From positions 186,001 through 250,000 of the forward strand of contig RSEE01000005.1 in assembly GCA_003971905.1 (NCBI GenBank): a stretch of 64,000 nt of DNA, written 5' to 3'. Under the pieces are notes generated by a model, which was given only the letters and a program-made list of their open reading frames with translations, did no database searches and had not been told where the DNA came from. The position numbers were made by a program, and so were the translations under genes. Below are positions 35,744-48,729 of the stretch, in pieces. Within the stretch, counting starts at the first letter, position 1; every line of letters starts with the position of its first letter. The DNA comes from Moniliella sp. 'wahieum'. Lineage: Eukaryota.

Positions 35744-38700
35744 CTAGCGCACCGAAACCGGCGGTTCGGGCAAATGGGGCGACGGAGCACGGCTGGTGCC
35801 GACACGTGGCGCAGTGTACACCATCATCTGATCCCACGCGGCTTCCAACCGCGCCACTTCCTCCTGCACATCCTTCACCCGCGTCGCATTCCGCCAGGAT
35901 AAGAGCGAGGGCAAGTGTCGCGTCAAGTCCTGCAGCGCCCCCGCACACGCCAGCAGGCGCGTCCGCGTCGCTATCGCCTCGGTTCGGGGAACGCTGAGTT
36001 GCGCCAAGGCTGGTTCGCCCCGGTTGCGTAGGCTGGATCCGCCCGGGGTGAGGTACGATGGGATGGATAGTTGTTCGGCCCAGACCCGGGCGGAAAAGAC
36101 CGAGGCATGTAAGAACGCATCAAACGCCATATCGAGCAGCGGGTGGTTCCAAATCCGGGGTGCCTCGGACGGTGTAAAGTGTGGTGCGAGCGTGTGTCCA
36201 ACCGTTGGCGCCAAGCCGGAAGATTGGGTCGCCGACTCGCGTGTCAAACGCCGCATCGCGGTGGAAATGTTGGCCACAAACCCGGTAGACACTTGGATCG
36301 TCGCCATCCTCTCGGCTGCACTCATCAAATCCATCTCTGGTCGGATCGATTTTATCTCTTCCAGCACATCCAACAGGTGGAACGTTCCCAAGGTTGAGTG
36401 CAGCACCAAGTAGTACAGCATCATCTGCGCATCTGTGTCCAATAGCGCATACGCCTGCGTACACGCTTGTACCAGCGATCCAAACGTGCCATAGTGCCGC
36501 CGAACAATGTCAACAGCCAACACAGCCGCCGCGCGCGTTGCCGCCGGATCCGGGATCCCGGCATCCACCGCCTCTTGCAGCACCGACACTTGGCGCCACA
36601 TGTAGATCTTGAGCGCGTTGGCCCAGTGGAGGGAGAGCATGAGGTCGTCTCCTCCGCGAGGTGCGACGGCCTTGGCCCGCGCCAAAGCCAACGAGGCTTG
36701 GTGCCACTGTTCCGTCGGGCGGGGACTGGACGGCCGGTCCGCCCCCACTTCCTCCAACCCTTCCCCGCCCGAGGAGGCAATGGCAGCATGCACGTGCAGC
36801 AGCTGTGGCGCATGCGTGTTGTAGTACTCCAGCCCTTGGAAACGCGCTGCGGCATCAATGCATTCCTCGGCAAAGGACGAGGACATGGTGGAGCTGACGC
36901 GCCACGAGATGGAGTGGCTATTGTCAAAGATTAGGGTGGCCCATGCCAGCGTCTCCAACAGGCCCAACAGGGTCGGGATCAGCGATGGCGATACCGGAGG
37001 TAACTCGGGCGGGGGCATTGAGGGTTTGCGCCGCGCCCAATCGGGCGAGACAGCGCGAAGATGCGCCTCGGCTGCTTCGCGATGGTACTCTGTCACTTGG
37101 CGAGCAAGTTTGCGAGCCCGCACCACCAGCTCTTCCATATGGCGCACGCCACTTGTCGCAGCGAATCGGCATTCCCGCGCGGCACGCTCCGCCATGTATT
37201 CGGCCTCCTCATCATCCGACGGACGGCGCGAAAGTGGGTCCACACTGGCCACAGAGGCTACGCTGGCATTAAAGGGAGGAGGGATGCTAGAGAAGAGTAG
37301 CAGGGCATACGCGACCCGGAACGAAGGCACCGTTGCCAACGGGAAAAGGAGGTCATGCGCATGCTTCCACGTAGCCCGTTGGGCGAGCAGATGGAGGGGT
37401 TTGGCACCCGCACGGGTAGGGGGCATCGTTGCGCTGGTGAGATACTGGGCCCCAAACGCCGTGAGGACAGCCTTGCAAGCCTCATTGATTTCGTCCTGAA
37501 ATCAGAAGGGAAGAGGGATCGTGAGTTAGTGGAGCACGTTCCTAAAAGGGAAGAGACATACCCAAGTCCGTCTGCGCGCACGCTGGGTCCACGCCGTCTT
37601 TGGCTTGCCCGCCTGAGAAGGGTCAATGGACGTGTCAAACGCAGCATCAAGCAGGACGGAAACCAAGAACAAGTTAGGCTGAGCTGCGGAGGAGGAGGAG
37701 TTGTATCCTTCTTTGTCTGCCAGACCGATCCCGAAGTCGGAACCGGAGGAAGTCCACTCGGACCAACTGGCCTTGCTGTCATGCAGGACGTTCAACAACT
37801 TGCCCGTCTCATCTTCAGCAGGAATCAACTCATCAAGCGTCTGGAAGCGGCCTGAGCTGGAGCCAAAGGAAGAACGTTCCCTCGGTGCTTCGAGAGTGAG
37901 ACGGCGCTCCATCTCCTCTGCAACAAAGACAGGCTTGACGTAGGAGCATTCATGCGAGAGCCACAACGTCATGGGTCCCTCCATAATCGAGGCATACAAG
38001 CAGAGAGTACGGGATACCAGTGTCGCCATCATGGCGCCGCGGTTGATGGAAGAAATGGTGCGTGTGGTGCCTGGAATGGCAGCCAGGGACTCCAGTTCGT
38101 CCAGCAAGCGCATTGCCTGGGCGGGGTCCCACGTTTCTCTCTGCACTGCGCGATGAGGTAACAGAGCTTGCTTCCTTTTCCTTCTCTTTCTCCTGCGCCT
38201 CTCTCATTGGACCAGATAGGAGAGTAGACGACCATCCAGACTCCTCTGGTGGTGTCGGCTCCGGTCGGGCCCGTTTTGAGGGAACGGACACCGTCTCCGA
38301 AGGCAGCTTCCCCCCCGACGAGGTGGCCGACAGTTTCCTTCCGTTGGGCGGGGCATTGTGCGTATTGTGGAAGCTGGTTGCTGCTTTGATCATGAACACT
38401 TCGTGGGTCGTACACTCAATTCCTCGACGGCGACAGGTCGAGCACCCGACCACTGGCTTGCCCGTCACACCAATATCCGAAAAAGTAACTGACATTTGCA
38501 GGTCGCACCCTTTCTTGCTTGCCCGACACGCATCGCAAGAAGAGTTCTGTCGTCGGCCTGTTCGACTCTTGCCGGCTTTGCTCTTGACCGCCTTGAGCGT
38601 GCCAGTGGTGCCTGAGGGCGCGCGGCGGGGAAAGGCGTCAGACATGGACGTGGCTGTAGAGGGATTGTGGGGGATGGGTGGAGAGACACCACTGTGAGGT

Positions 38701-39270
38701 GCCAATGGCTCGAGTGGCGGTGATGTTTCTGAGCCAGAGCGGGTAGAGGGAACGGACAGGCGGGACGGTCCCGAGCCCGAGGTTGTGGAGGCGAGAGAAG
38801 GGTCCGGCAAGGAGGGTGCCGAAGTGGTGTGATGGGGGGTCGCACTGGGTCGGAACTCGGCAGCGTGAGCGGATGGATGGGCAGTATGTTGCTCAATCAG
38901 CTGGTTGGTCCATGCGCCATTGAGCAGGTCGGACCCGACCTCAGGGGCAAAGGAGTTGCCCAAGGAGGGCATCTCCTGGGGGAAGGAATGGGCGGAGGAG
39001 AGCGCGGGAGGTGGATCGGGGACTGGGAGAGGAAGAGCGCATCGTGCCCGTTTTGTGGTGGGGCGGCGACGGCAGGGTCGAGGAAGGGCAGGGGCGCAGG
39101 AGGAGCGGGAGGGGCCGAGGACTGCTGGGAATGCTGGTCCGGAGGGAGCATGCCGAGCAAGTCGAAGGCAAAGTCGGTGGCGCCCAGTTCGGGGCGGCGG
39201 GGGCAGGAAAGAAATGGTGAGGGTCGTTTGGGGTGGGAGTGCCGTGGGGGTCTGTGTTGGAGGGCCACAT
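35744..39270 (-). CDS. Zn(II)2Cys6 transcription factor, AlcR-like
   Basis: RRQNSSCDACRASKKGC-x20-CSTCRRRGIECT (~38410-38555), followed by a long helical regulatory domain; several frameshifts, ends approximate. Confidence 0.85.
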
Positions 39271-40113
39271 GGCGAGAGGATTAGCAAGGAGGACGGGGTG
39301 GTGAGGGTGGTGATGGTGGTGATGGTGGCGGTGGGGGCGACGGCAGTACGCGGAGGCAGACGGGAGGGGTGCGGTGGCAAGCGCAGCAGAGGGAGCAGAT
39401 GCTGGTCACTGAGTCTGAACCGTGACGCGTGACGGATGAGACTGATGCATCGCTCGATGAGTGGGTGATGCATGATGCATTGCATGCGGCCTGGGGCCCT
39501 GAGGCTCAGCCTCAGGGTTATGCACCTGGGACTGCACGTGTGGCTGGCACCGGGGCGGTGTCGCTTGGGGCTATTGGGTTAGGACTGCGCCTGGCCGAGT
39601 GGGGCTGCGGGCATCGGAGGGATGAACGTGACCCGTGACGCGTGAACGTTGATATAGATCGTTGGTGCAAATACGCTCAACGCACCGCCGCCTACGTCCC
39701 AACCCACGTGGAGTTCTGCCCAGCGCGGGGAAGCACTCCAAGCAGGCGCAAGCTCACCGCCCCAAGCGCGTACGCCTTATATCCCCACCCCCTCTGCCGC
39801 CCGGCAGCCATCACCCCTTCATCACACTCACCTGCTCCCCTCCCGGCTCACGCTCACGCTCACCGGTCACCCCCTCCCCACCGGCCACCCCGCATTCCGC
39901 CATGTCACCCATGTCACCAGTCACCCTGTCATGCACCATGCATGTCTCCCCGATCACTCGCTTTTCCCCACACTGCCTCCGTGCAGCCCCGCGCCCCACA
40001 GCCCGTTCCGATTGGCTCCACGGCACCAGCCGTGCTGTGGGCGGAATTAACAGTGTATGCCCTACAGCTGGAGGATCGGCTCTAAAATAAGCAGCAATGG
40101 ATGGATGCTTGCA

Positions 40114-43100
40114 TTAATTAGGTCGAAATGTCGCTCTTGCGCCCGCGCTCCATTGTCCCTCGCGCCGCGCGTCCACGCGGGTGGCTACAGCGTCATCGTC
40201 ATCGTCATCGTCTTGGCATGCACCCCCCACCGGCGGGCCACCCGCAAACAGCGTGTGCAGCAGCTTGAGGTACCGCAGCGACCGTAGCTCGTCCTCCGCC
40301 GTCCCCGGCTCTGGCGGCGGCAGCGCCGTCAGCACCACACTCGTGCCCCCCGCCACCGACGAGTGGGTGCGGATGAGCTCGTTGAGAATCAGATACTGCG
40401 CCTTGTTGGGCAAGTCGTTGAACGAGATCAGGGGAGGTCCCGCCGCGTCGTGTGTGGCAGCGCCGTAGGGCATATTGCGTGAGCGCAGCCGCGACGACGA
40501 TCGCCCCTCCCCGCTGCCCGATCCCTTTTCGCCTGCTTGCGCCTCCACGTCCACCTCCGAGGCGCCTGGCTCCGCCTCGCTCCCAGCCTGCTTGTCCGCT
40601 CCACGCGCATGCAACGGCCCCGTGCTGCGCATGGTCGCGTCCGGGTCCTGGTCCGCTTCAGACTCGAGCGGGACGAGGAACGCGGTGGGAAAGAGGGCCG
40701 GGCCCGCGCCCTTGGCTCCTCCACCGTATGCGCCCTTCGGTCTAGGGAAGCGGACATGCTCTGCGTCCGGCCCTTGTGGCGTTTGCGCGTAGTATCCACC
40801 GTACTGGCTCGCCCAGTAGCAATTCCCGCGCCGGGGGCGGCAAACTGGGAGTGGGAGCGTGGGCTGCCACTACTGCCCCATTGGTCCGGGTCGAAGAGGT
40901 GGTAGAGCTCGTCGCTCAGGTCGCTGTCCGAATCCGACTCGCTCCCCGAGCTGGAGGAGTCGACATCGGAGCTGGTGGACAGACGGGTGCGCGCCTTGGG
41001 GTGTGCAAGACCGATTTGGATGTTGCGTTTAAAATAGGCCATATGCTCGGGCGGGAGGGTGAAGCCGAGCAATTGTTGTTGTTTGCGTGTCCGGCGTGCT
41101 GGGCTGTTCGTCCGTTCCGTCGTTGACACGCGTTTTTTCGAGAGCGCCGCTTGGGTTCGCCGAGCGCGTCGGGCATCTTCCTTGCGCAGTTCCTTCAACG
41201 TCTCCCACCATGGATCCAACTCCAACGCCCGTTCGATCCGCTCCGACGCCCTGTGGCCCAACACGATCGCCTCGTACGCATTCACCTGGGCCGTGCGCAG
41301 ACAAAATACTCGTAGCTCCGCCCGGACACGCAAGTTGTCCAGCAAACTCTGGATCCGACCCCGTTCTTCCTCCACTTGCTCAGGCACCTCGACAAACACA
41401 TTCACCCGTAACTGGTGCCGCTTCCAGGCACCCGTCATGCTCAAGATTGTGCCCAAATGCAAGACCATGGTATAACTGTCCCAGGTGCGCGACTGATCGT
41501 TCCCCGGTTCCGTACTGGCAATCTGCACCGGCCACAAGTCAAGATACTTCTTCTCTTCGCCTTTGTGCGAGGGCGATGAGGAGAACCAGGAGCCGGCACC
41601 ATGAGTCGGATGAAGCGCTTGGGTGACCGATGTGTCCAGGTGCGAAAAGCCATAGGCAATGGCAAAACTCTTGTTGAGCGCCAACGTGTCCTCCATGATG
41701 CCAACAAACGCTTGGGCACGGATCGGAGTTTCGCGCCGCGCCTGGTCCGTCGGCAGCTCTTCCACATCCAAAGTCATGTAACCTTGCGGATTCTCTTCCT
41801 CACTTTCCTCGGTGGGGCTCGCCATCCCGCGAATCGTAATCTCGCTCTCGTCCGAACCGGCGACCAAAGATTTTTGCCGTGGATCCATCCGGAGCGGGAA
41901 CTGCATGTGCGACGGAAAGCCCATCACAACAATGTTGGGCCGCATCCCGCCCAAGCCACAGGATAAAATCAAGTTGCGTGCTCCCTCGCGCTCGTCACGC
42001 GCAATGACAATGTCGACAAACGACTTGATGCCCGTCAAGTCGATCAGCTTGAGCCATGACACGTTTTGCTGTCTCAGCTCGGACAGGCACTCGGCAAAGT
42101 CGCCTTTGAGCACGTGGCCCAAGACGTAGAGTGAACCTTTTTTCAGGGCGTTGCAGAAGATGATCGTGTTCCATTCGGTGCGGGGGTTGTTGGCCAAGAG
42201 CAAGACTTGCGGACGCCAATACTTGACATGGCCTTTCCGCTCATCAATCCGCAGCATTTGCCGACGCGAAATGTAGTAGTTCAAGTTGCGCGTCACGTCG
42301 CCCCACGGTTTGGGCGGCGCATAGATGTGCACCGCAACAAACAGGCCAATGGTCAACACGAGGCATTGGAGCGCCGCCCACCAGTCCGTGAAGAACATAG
42401 CGCCAAAGCTGATCAGTGTGCCGCCCCAGGCAGTGTAAATGTTCCAGTACCGGAACAAGGGCCGGAAACTAGGTGCACCCCCAGCCTTCAAGGCAGCCGT
42501 GGCAAAGCACAGCGTACCAAACGTCAGCAGCGTCGTCATAGTCACGAGCTGCGCCAACGCATTGACCGAATCGACCACCAAGACCAACTGGCAAAAGAGG
42601 TAGGTGATCAAGATGGCATAGGTGGGTGTATCACTGACCTCGGTACCTTGGGCAAAGACATTGAGGACCGGGAGCAGGTTGTCCCGTGCGATGGCCTGGA
42701 GCACCTTGGCACACGCCAAGACGCCCATCAAGGTCGAAAACGCCGTCGAGGCCAACGCGCCAAACGTGATCAGTTGCGGACTCAGCGCAATGTCATTCAC
42801 GATCCCAGCGTCGCTATAAAAGCTTTGACGATCCACTGTCGAAGCAAGGATGATAAAGGTGCCGAAGTAGATGATGAAAGTGAAAACCAAGGACCAGTTG
42901 GTGCCCTTGGGGATCGACTTGCTCGGCTTGCGCAGGTCCCCAGACATACTGGCCCCAGCCAGAATCCCATTGACAGCAGGGAAGAGTACGCCAAAGACTG
43001 ACTGCCAGCTCTCGGGTTTGTCCCCCGTCGAGGACCCCGCAGCACCGGAGGTAAAGTGCGGGAAGTTGGCTTTCAAAGTGGCCAGCGACCAACCAGTAAA

Positions 43101-44285
43101 GTACGCGCCCCGCTCGGTCGCGGAAGGGTGCACGGCAATACTGGAGAGGGGATGGAGAGGATGGCAGCAGAGAGGATGACAGCGAGACCGAGTGTGGCGC
43201 GGGCAAAGAGCCGGCTTCCGACGAGACAGACTAGCATGCAGAGCAAGAGCAACAGACTTCCATAGAAGAAGAGCCAGATTGGGCCCTCGGGCAGACCATC
43301 GGACATCCTCGACTCGCCATACGCATCAGTCAAGCTCTCCACAAACCCAAGCACGTTCATGGCTGCGTTCAATGCTTGACCGGCAAAAAAGATGAGGCCA
43401 ATGCTCCCGCCAAACTCGGGTCCGAGACTGCGGGAGATGAGGTAGTAGGCCCCGCCGCCACGCACTTGACCGTTGGTGCTAATTGCATTGAGCGACATGG
43501 CAGTCAGAGTATCAATCGCATAGCTGACCACCAGCAACCCAAACGCACCCAGCAGTCCAACTTGACCAATAATAAAGCCAAACCGAAGAAAGAGAATGAT
43601 ACCGAGGATCTGCATGAATATCACAGCGTCAGTCCCTCTTTGCCCAGCCAATGTGCCCACGCGCAAACAAGAGACATACATTCAAGCTGACCGGCATAAA
43701 CACCCCGTCCCACGTTCCCAGTTTCCTCGGTGCATACTCTGCAGGGGAGATCATGCCGCCCGCTTTGGGATGGTGGGCCGGGGGAGCGGGAGCCAAGTCG
43801 TCGGGGAAAAAGGAATTTTCTCGTTGCAACCCCATCTTGTGTTTCTTTCCGGACCCATCTGCTTTCACACCGGGCTCAAACGTGACGCCCTTCTTGCCAT
43901 TGTGGGAAGGAAGAGGGGCACTTTTGTCGGCCAGGTCGCTATCCATGGCACCGTATCCCCCGGGATGTGATAGCGACTGCCCATCCTCCGGCCCGGCGAG
44001 CAGGGCGCGGTTCTCCTCTAAGCCAGAGGCAGCAGAACTGGAGGACACAGCCGATGATGCTACCGCCCGCGGCAAATCGTCCTCCGAGTTGCGCCGGTGG
44101 AAGCTGGACGGACGAGAGTGCGAGTCGGCTAGGCTGGCGGGACGGGAATAAGGGTCGGCTGGCGACAGGAGACCGGACTGGCGGGCCTCATGGTTCGGGC
44201 CTTCGATCGAGTCGCGGCGGAGAAGGGACTGGGTCAGGGCTTGGAAGTCGTCGCGGTCGGATGGCCGGCTGACAAACTTGGACAT
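40114..44285 (-). CDS. VHC1: Cation-chloride cotransporter (SLC12/Vhc1 family)
   Basis: KLGTWDGVFMPVSLN, intron, ILGIILFLRFG; ISTNGQVRGGGAYYLISRSLGPEFGGSIG; GILAGASMSGDL; APSFRP; VKYWRPQVLLL; GLGGMRPN. Confidence 0.93.
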
Positions 44286-44823
44286 GCCCGCGCACTGGCT
44301 GGCTGGATTCGCTACCGGCGGCGGCGGTGGGAGAGACAGGCGGCCCAGATACGAGGCAGAGGCACAATCGGCAGCCTCCCAAAAGCCAATCGTGGTAACC
44401 GGTAACTCCACCCGCCCGAAACAAGGCCGCGCCAATTGTGACATTTCATTTTGGCGGTAGTCAAAAACTCTGCGTCATCGATCATCGATCATCCTTCATC
44501 TGCATAAGACCGCGTTCAACACATAGGCGCTGGAAAATAGGGTTGTACTATGTACCAGGTGTTTGTGTTGGTCAGATGGCATTGTGCAAGGCATCATTCC
44601 ACACCCACTAGGGGGCAAGAGTCAACATTAAACAGGACACAACGTTTTACAAACCGCGCCAGCGGGTCTTCCAGATCTGGCCTGCATGACCTTTCTCGAA
44701 GGGATAGGCCTTTTTTGGTTAAGAGGCGAGGGTGAGTACAACACAGATGATTCCAGGGAAGACTGCATCGAGAAGACAAAACAAACTCGATCCTACTATA
44801 TATATGGGAATGAATTAAAACTA

Positions 44824-45061
44824 GTAATGATGAGACCTGGAGTCCTGATGGTCCTCGACGATGATGCAATCGCACTGGTAGTGGCGGTGGTCTAAGCCAA
44901 CCATCAACGCCTACGGAGAGGAACAACAAGCAGCGAGTCGCCACCAGGGGCTAAGCTGCGGAACAGGGAAAAACAAGAGAAAGAAAACAACGGAACTCCC
45001 AGGCCTGAGGAGGAACTGAAGGGACATTGGCCAAAGCACGAGCCACCCGATGGCTCAACAA
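44824..45061 (+). repeat. Left arm of a diverged ~235-bp inverted repeat
   Basis: Matches the reverse complement of 45567-45795 (shared blocks ATGATGAGACCTGGAGTCCTGATGGTCCTC, TGATGCAATCGCACTGGT, CAGGGGCTAAGCTGCGG, AGGCCTGAGGAGGA, TGAAGGGACAT). Confidence 0.92.
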
Positions 45062-45566
45062 GTAATGATGGGTCTCAATGAAGATTATTCACCGTTGGGA
45101 TGTCTGGCACGCTCATTCGTATCCACGTGCGCCCGCCCGCGTTTGTAATAGCGTATGGTGGGCACAGAGGGTCCTTCTGTGACCTTCTGGCGAATTCACC
45201 TGGTTTATTCCTACACGAGTTTGGCGCCAACAAGCAAACAGCCTGGATGAGATGTGCTTAGGCGCAGCGTTTCTTTGTCCCAGATCAGTTCACGCTCTCT
45301 GTAAACGATATGACTGTGCAAAATTATATGCTAGAGCACCCGGGGATCCTACAGAGTCACAGGTGCAAAGCAGCCTTCACAGAAAAGGCGTTGTGAAGCC
45401 AAAACGGTGAGCTGTATTAAGTACTAAGTCTACAAGCAACGTCTGAAGGATGAAGCGCTGATGAACTGTGAATGGAAAAGGAGACAGGAGAGACAAAGTA
45501 AGATGGAGCAAGCAGGAGATGCGCAGCCTGCTTCCCCACGGCTATAGGCAAGCGTCACCGGTCACC

Positions 45567-45795
45567 TGTTGAGCTAAGTGGCTCGTGATTTGGCCGATGT
45601 CCCTTCATCTCCTCCTCAGGCCTAGGAGTTCCTCTGTTTCCCCTCTCCTGTTTCCCTCCTTGCCCCGCAGCTTAGCCCCTGATGGTGACTCGCTGCTTGA
45701 TGTTCCTCTGTAGGCATTGCTGGTTGCCACACCACCACCACCAGTGCGATTGCATCACCCTTGAGGACCATCAGGACTCCAGGTCTCATCATCAC
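45567..45795 (-). repeat. Right arm of the diverged inverted repeat
   Basis: Reverse complement aligns along its length with 44824-45061; spacer ~505 bp. Confidence 0.92.
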
Positions 45796-46572
45796 CGAAA
45801 AGATCAACTTTGAGGGCCGCGGCGTGTAGCGAAGGGGGCATAGCACTATTACCATCTTACAATATACTATACTCTCTTTCTCATGGTGGTGTGTGTGAAC
45901 TCCGCGGCGACTGTTTGTGGGGCCCGGTCAATGGCTTAGAACTGTTATAACAGGAGTTAGGGCGGACGGCGCCCGTAGCCCCCCTCTCGCCTTCTCGTTC
46001 CCACCCCTCTAATAATATAGCTTGAGATTGAGATGCATGACTGTGGCGTCGAATATCCTTGTTTGTATCCACGACGTAACACGCGTAACAGTATGATTCT
46101 GGCAGAGAGAGAGGCATTATGCATTATGGCCCGTGTCACTTCAGGCCTCACCTATCACGCGTCAATAATTCAACCGTTGTGTGGAGTGTCGTCCGCAAAA
46201 AGGGAAGCTGAGGGCAAGGAATATTTATGGCGGAGTTGTGATTTTGTGATTGTGTTGTGTTGTGTGTTGTTGTGTTGCATATTGGTCTCTCGGATTGGTT
46301 CAGGAAGGAGTTGGGATTTCCACTGCCGATCTGTGGGGGTGGGGGGGGGTAAAGCGGGGCCAGTGACTAGTGGCTGTCCAGCTGCTGTTGTGGTGGACTC
46401 CATACGCTCTTTGTACACATCCAGCACAGTAGTGTGTAATGCCCCCCCCGATCACGCTGGAAGTGAGCGGGCGCGGGGGCAGTGTAAATAACCGAAACAC
46501 AATTAACAAGGGCGAATACAATGGCGGCTTCTGGGCCTGTGTAGTCCCACTAATTTGGAGCCTCACCCCGAG

Positions 46573-46696
46573 AGGTGGCAGCAAAGTGAGGAGTGCTTGA
46601 TGCAGGTGGCAGCAAAGTGAGGAGTGCTTGATGCAGTTGGCAGCAAAGTGAGGGGTGCTTGATGTAGGTGGCAGCAAAGTGAGGAGTGGTTGACGC
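46573..46696 (+). repeat. Minisatellite, 4 x 31 bp (AGGTGGCAGCAAAGTGAGGAGTGCTTGATGC)
   Basis: Units start at 46573, 46604, 46635 and 46666; units 1-2 identical, units 3-4 with 2-3 substitutions. Confidence 0.97.
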
Positions 46697-46833
46697 CTGT
46701 GATGGTCCATGGTCCATATATTTGAAAGGCTGCTGAACGGCCCCTGGAGAATTTGTCCACCCGCAGCCAGCACCCCAAGCAGATCCTCCAGCCCTCACAG
46801 CTTCAACGCTTCAAGCTTCATCGATCATCCCCC

Positions 46834-48729
46834 ATGTCCTCCCCGCTCAACAGTGGGCGCCCTGCGTCCCTCCAAAGCATCGCTCGTTCGCTCAGTGCGA
46901 AACTTCCTCCTCCACCCGACCTCCCAAGCGTCAACATCCCCAATGGTGCCACCAGCACCAGCACTGATACCAACGGCACCCCGCGCCTGCCCTCGCTTAA
47001 CCCTCGCATCAGTTCCCAAATTGAAGCTTCCTTCCACGATATGTGCAACGATTCTCTCGCTCCCTGCTCGACCGCTTGCGGTCCGACCTGCGGACGACTT
47101 TATCCCCCAATCCGTTGAGTCCTGCCCAGATTGAAGGGGTCATCAAGCATGCCTACCAGTACGCCATCCAGGCCCTTCATGAGCTTCTGCCCAACCTACT
47201 CCAAGCCATGTGGGCCAGCCAAGGGAGCACGACACTCAGCAGCCGAACGGTGTTCCTTTCTTTTGTCGAAACCTTTACCCTCTACGTTGGGAACGAGGTG
47301 ATATCCCCCCTGTTGGATGTCGTCAGACAGCCCAACATCATACGCTCCAGCGCGGGGCAGGGGCTCAGCACGCACAACCACCAGCGTCCACGGCCGATCC
47401 CCCCGAAGAAGCCGTCTCTATCCTGGAATTCGCATATCACCTCTCCAAACATTCCACTTCGGCTGAACAACAGGTACTCAGCGAGCTAACGAGACTCCGC
47501 CGATCCCAGGTTACCGCATGGGTACGTTCTCCACCCGGACCGCGTCACCACTGGAAGAAGAGGTGAGAAGTAGCGCTAACATGAGAGGGTTTTGGTACGC
47601 AGCTGCAGAATAAGCGGCACCGCTCCAACCCCGTCCAGGGGGAAAAAGCAAGCCAAGCGTGCCAGAAGGGTCCCGGGTGAACGTGGAACGCAAACAAATC
47701 CTCTTGATCCCCTCCCGACTGGCTCGCCTTCCTTCCTGTCGAGCATCCCTGGACAGGCAGATAACCGCAAAAAGCAGAGACCAGAGAACCAAGAAGAGGA
47801 GGAAATGTTGCAGAAGCGCACAATAAACGATGACGAGAAAGAGGGTATGCAAGAAACAGACGAAGAGGATGAGAACGAGAAGATGGATCAAGACCAAGAG
47901 GGGCAACGATAGTAAAAGGGCACTACACCCCATTCCTCAAACTACGACAAACTTCTCGAGCGCAGCCAATCTCGAGAAGAACGAGTAACGTTTTTTCATC
48001 GCTTCTTAGCACTATAGCTTCTGACCGAGATCCAGATCTTCTATTCCAACAGGTTCCACGCTTCCAGGCGACATCTTGATGGGTATGGAGGGATCTATGG
48101 ATCTGAACCACGGACCACCCCTCTTCGGATCCTCCCAACCCCATCGATTGGGTGAAATACGCCCTCAAGCTCCTATTGGTGGTTGTCCAGTAGACAGAGA
48201 CTTAGCTGAGTTGGGGTATCACTCAGCTCCCAACTTCTCTGCCCCCTCATTGCCTCACCAGTCCCAGCCCCAGCCTCCCCTCCCTGTTTCGACAACGCCG
48301 ATTACCTCCGGAATGGACACTGAACAATTCTGGCTGCGGAACGGAAGCCAATGGAGGGGGTCAGGTGCGGCAGGGGCTGTGATGAGTGTACCCTTCTCAT
48401 TCGCACCATCAACAGGAGGCTCTTTCAATATCATGGCCCCACCGCTCTACCCACCGCCTCTATTACAAGAAACCCACTATACTCACCCGTGTTCCCACCC
48501 CGCCTTTCAGCCAGGCCCATCCGCCGCCTCCCTAACCCCTTATCCTGCATTCGACTACAGACCATTTTTGGGGGATAACCGGATTGCGCACTCAAGTGTG
48601 GATGAGGGTGGTGTGCGCCGACCGGGGAATCCCCCTCTTGCTTTCGCCTTTTGCGACCCCAACAGCCTTGTGCTTCCACAAAAGAGTTCGTCAGAGACAA
48701 AGGAGGCTCCGTCAATGGATCAGCCCTAA
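46834..48729 (+). CDS. HD2-class (non-TALE, bW-like) homeodomain protein, copy A
   Basis: PEEAVSILEFAYHLSKHSTSAEQQVLSELTRLRRSQVTAW, intron 47522-47602 (GTACGT..GCTAAC..CAG), then LQNKRHR; second intron 47985-48035 splices in frame to the 48076 ORF; basic NLS-like and acidic tracts; Pro/Ser-rich C-terminus. Confidence 0.85.

Noticed and set aside
44830..44870. In-frame TGA-TGC shared by both arms after DETWSPDGP (selenocysteine or readthrough)
   Set aside because: No start codon in the left arm's frame, no SECIS seen, and shared ancestry of the arms explains the shared TGA
44827..44895. C/D snoRNA-like pattern (ATGATGA..CTGA..ATGATGC..CTAA) in the left repeat arm
   Set aside because: The terminal D box is imperfect and absent from the second arm; I could not identify a convincing rRNA-complementary guide
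45440..45466. FISA..RR after a minus-strand splice acceptor as a remnant of HD1 helix 3 (W|FINARRR)
   Set aside because: Only three residues match and no upstream homeodomain helices or Trp exon were found
46573..46696. CRISPR-like array (31-bp repeats)
   Set aside because: Units abut with no spacers, there are no cas genes, and the context is eukaryotic
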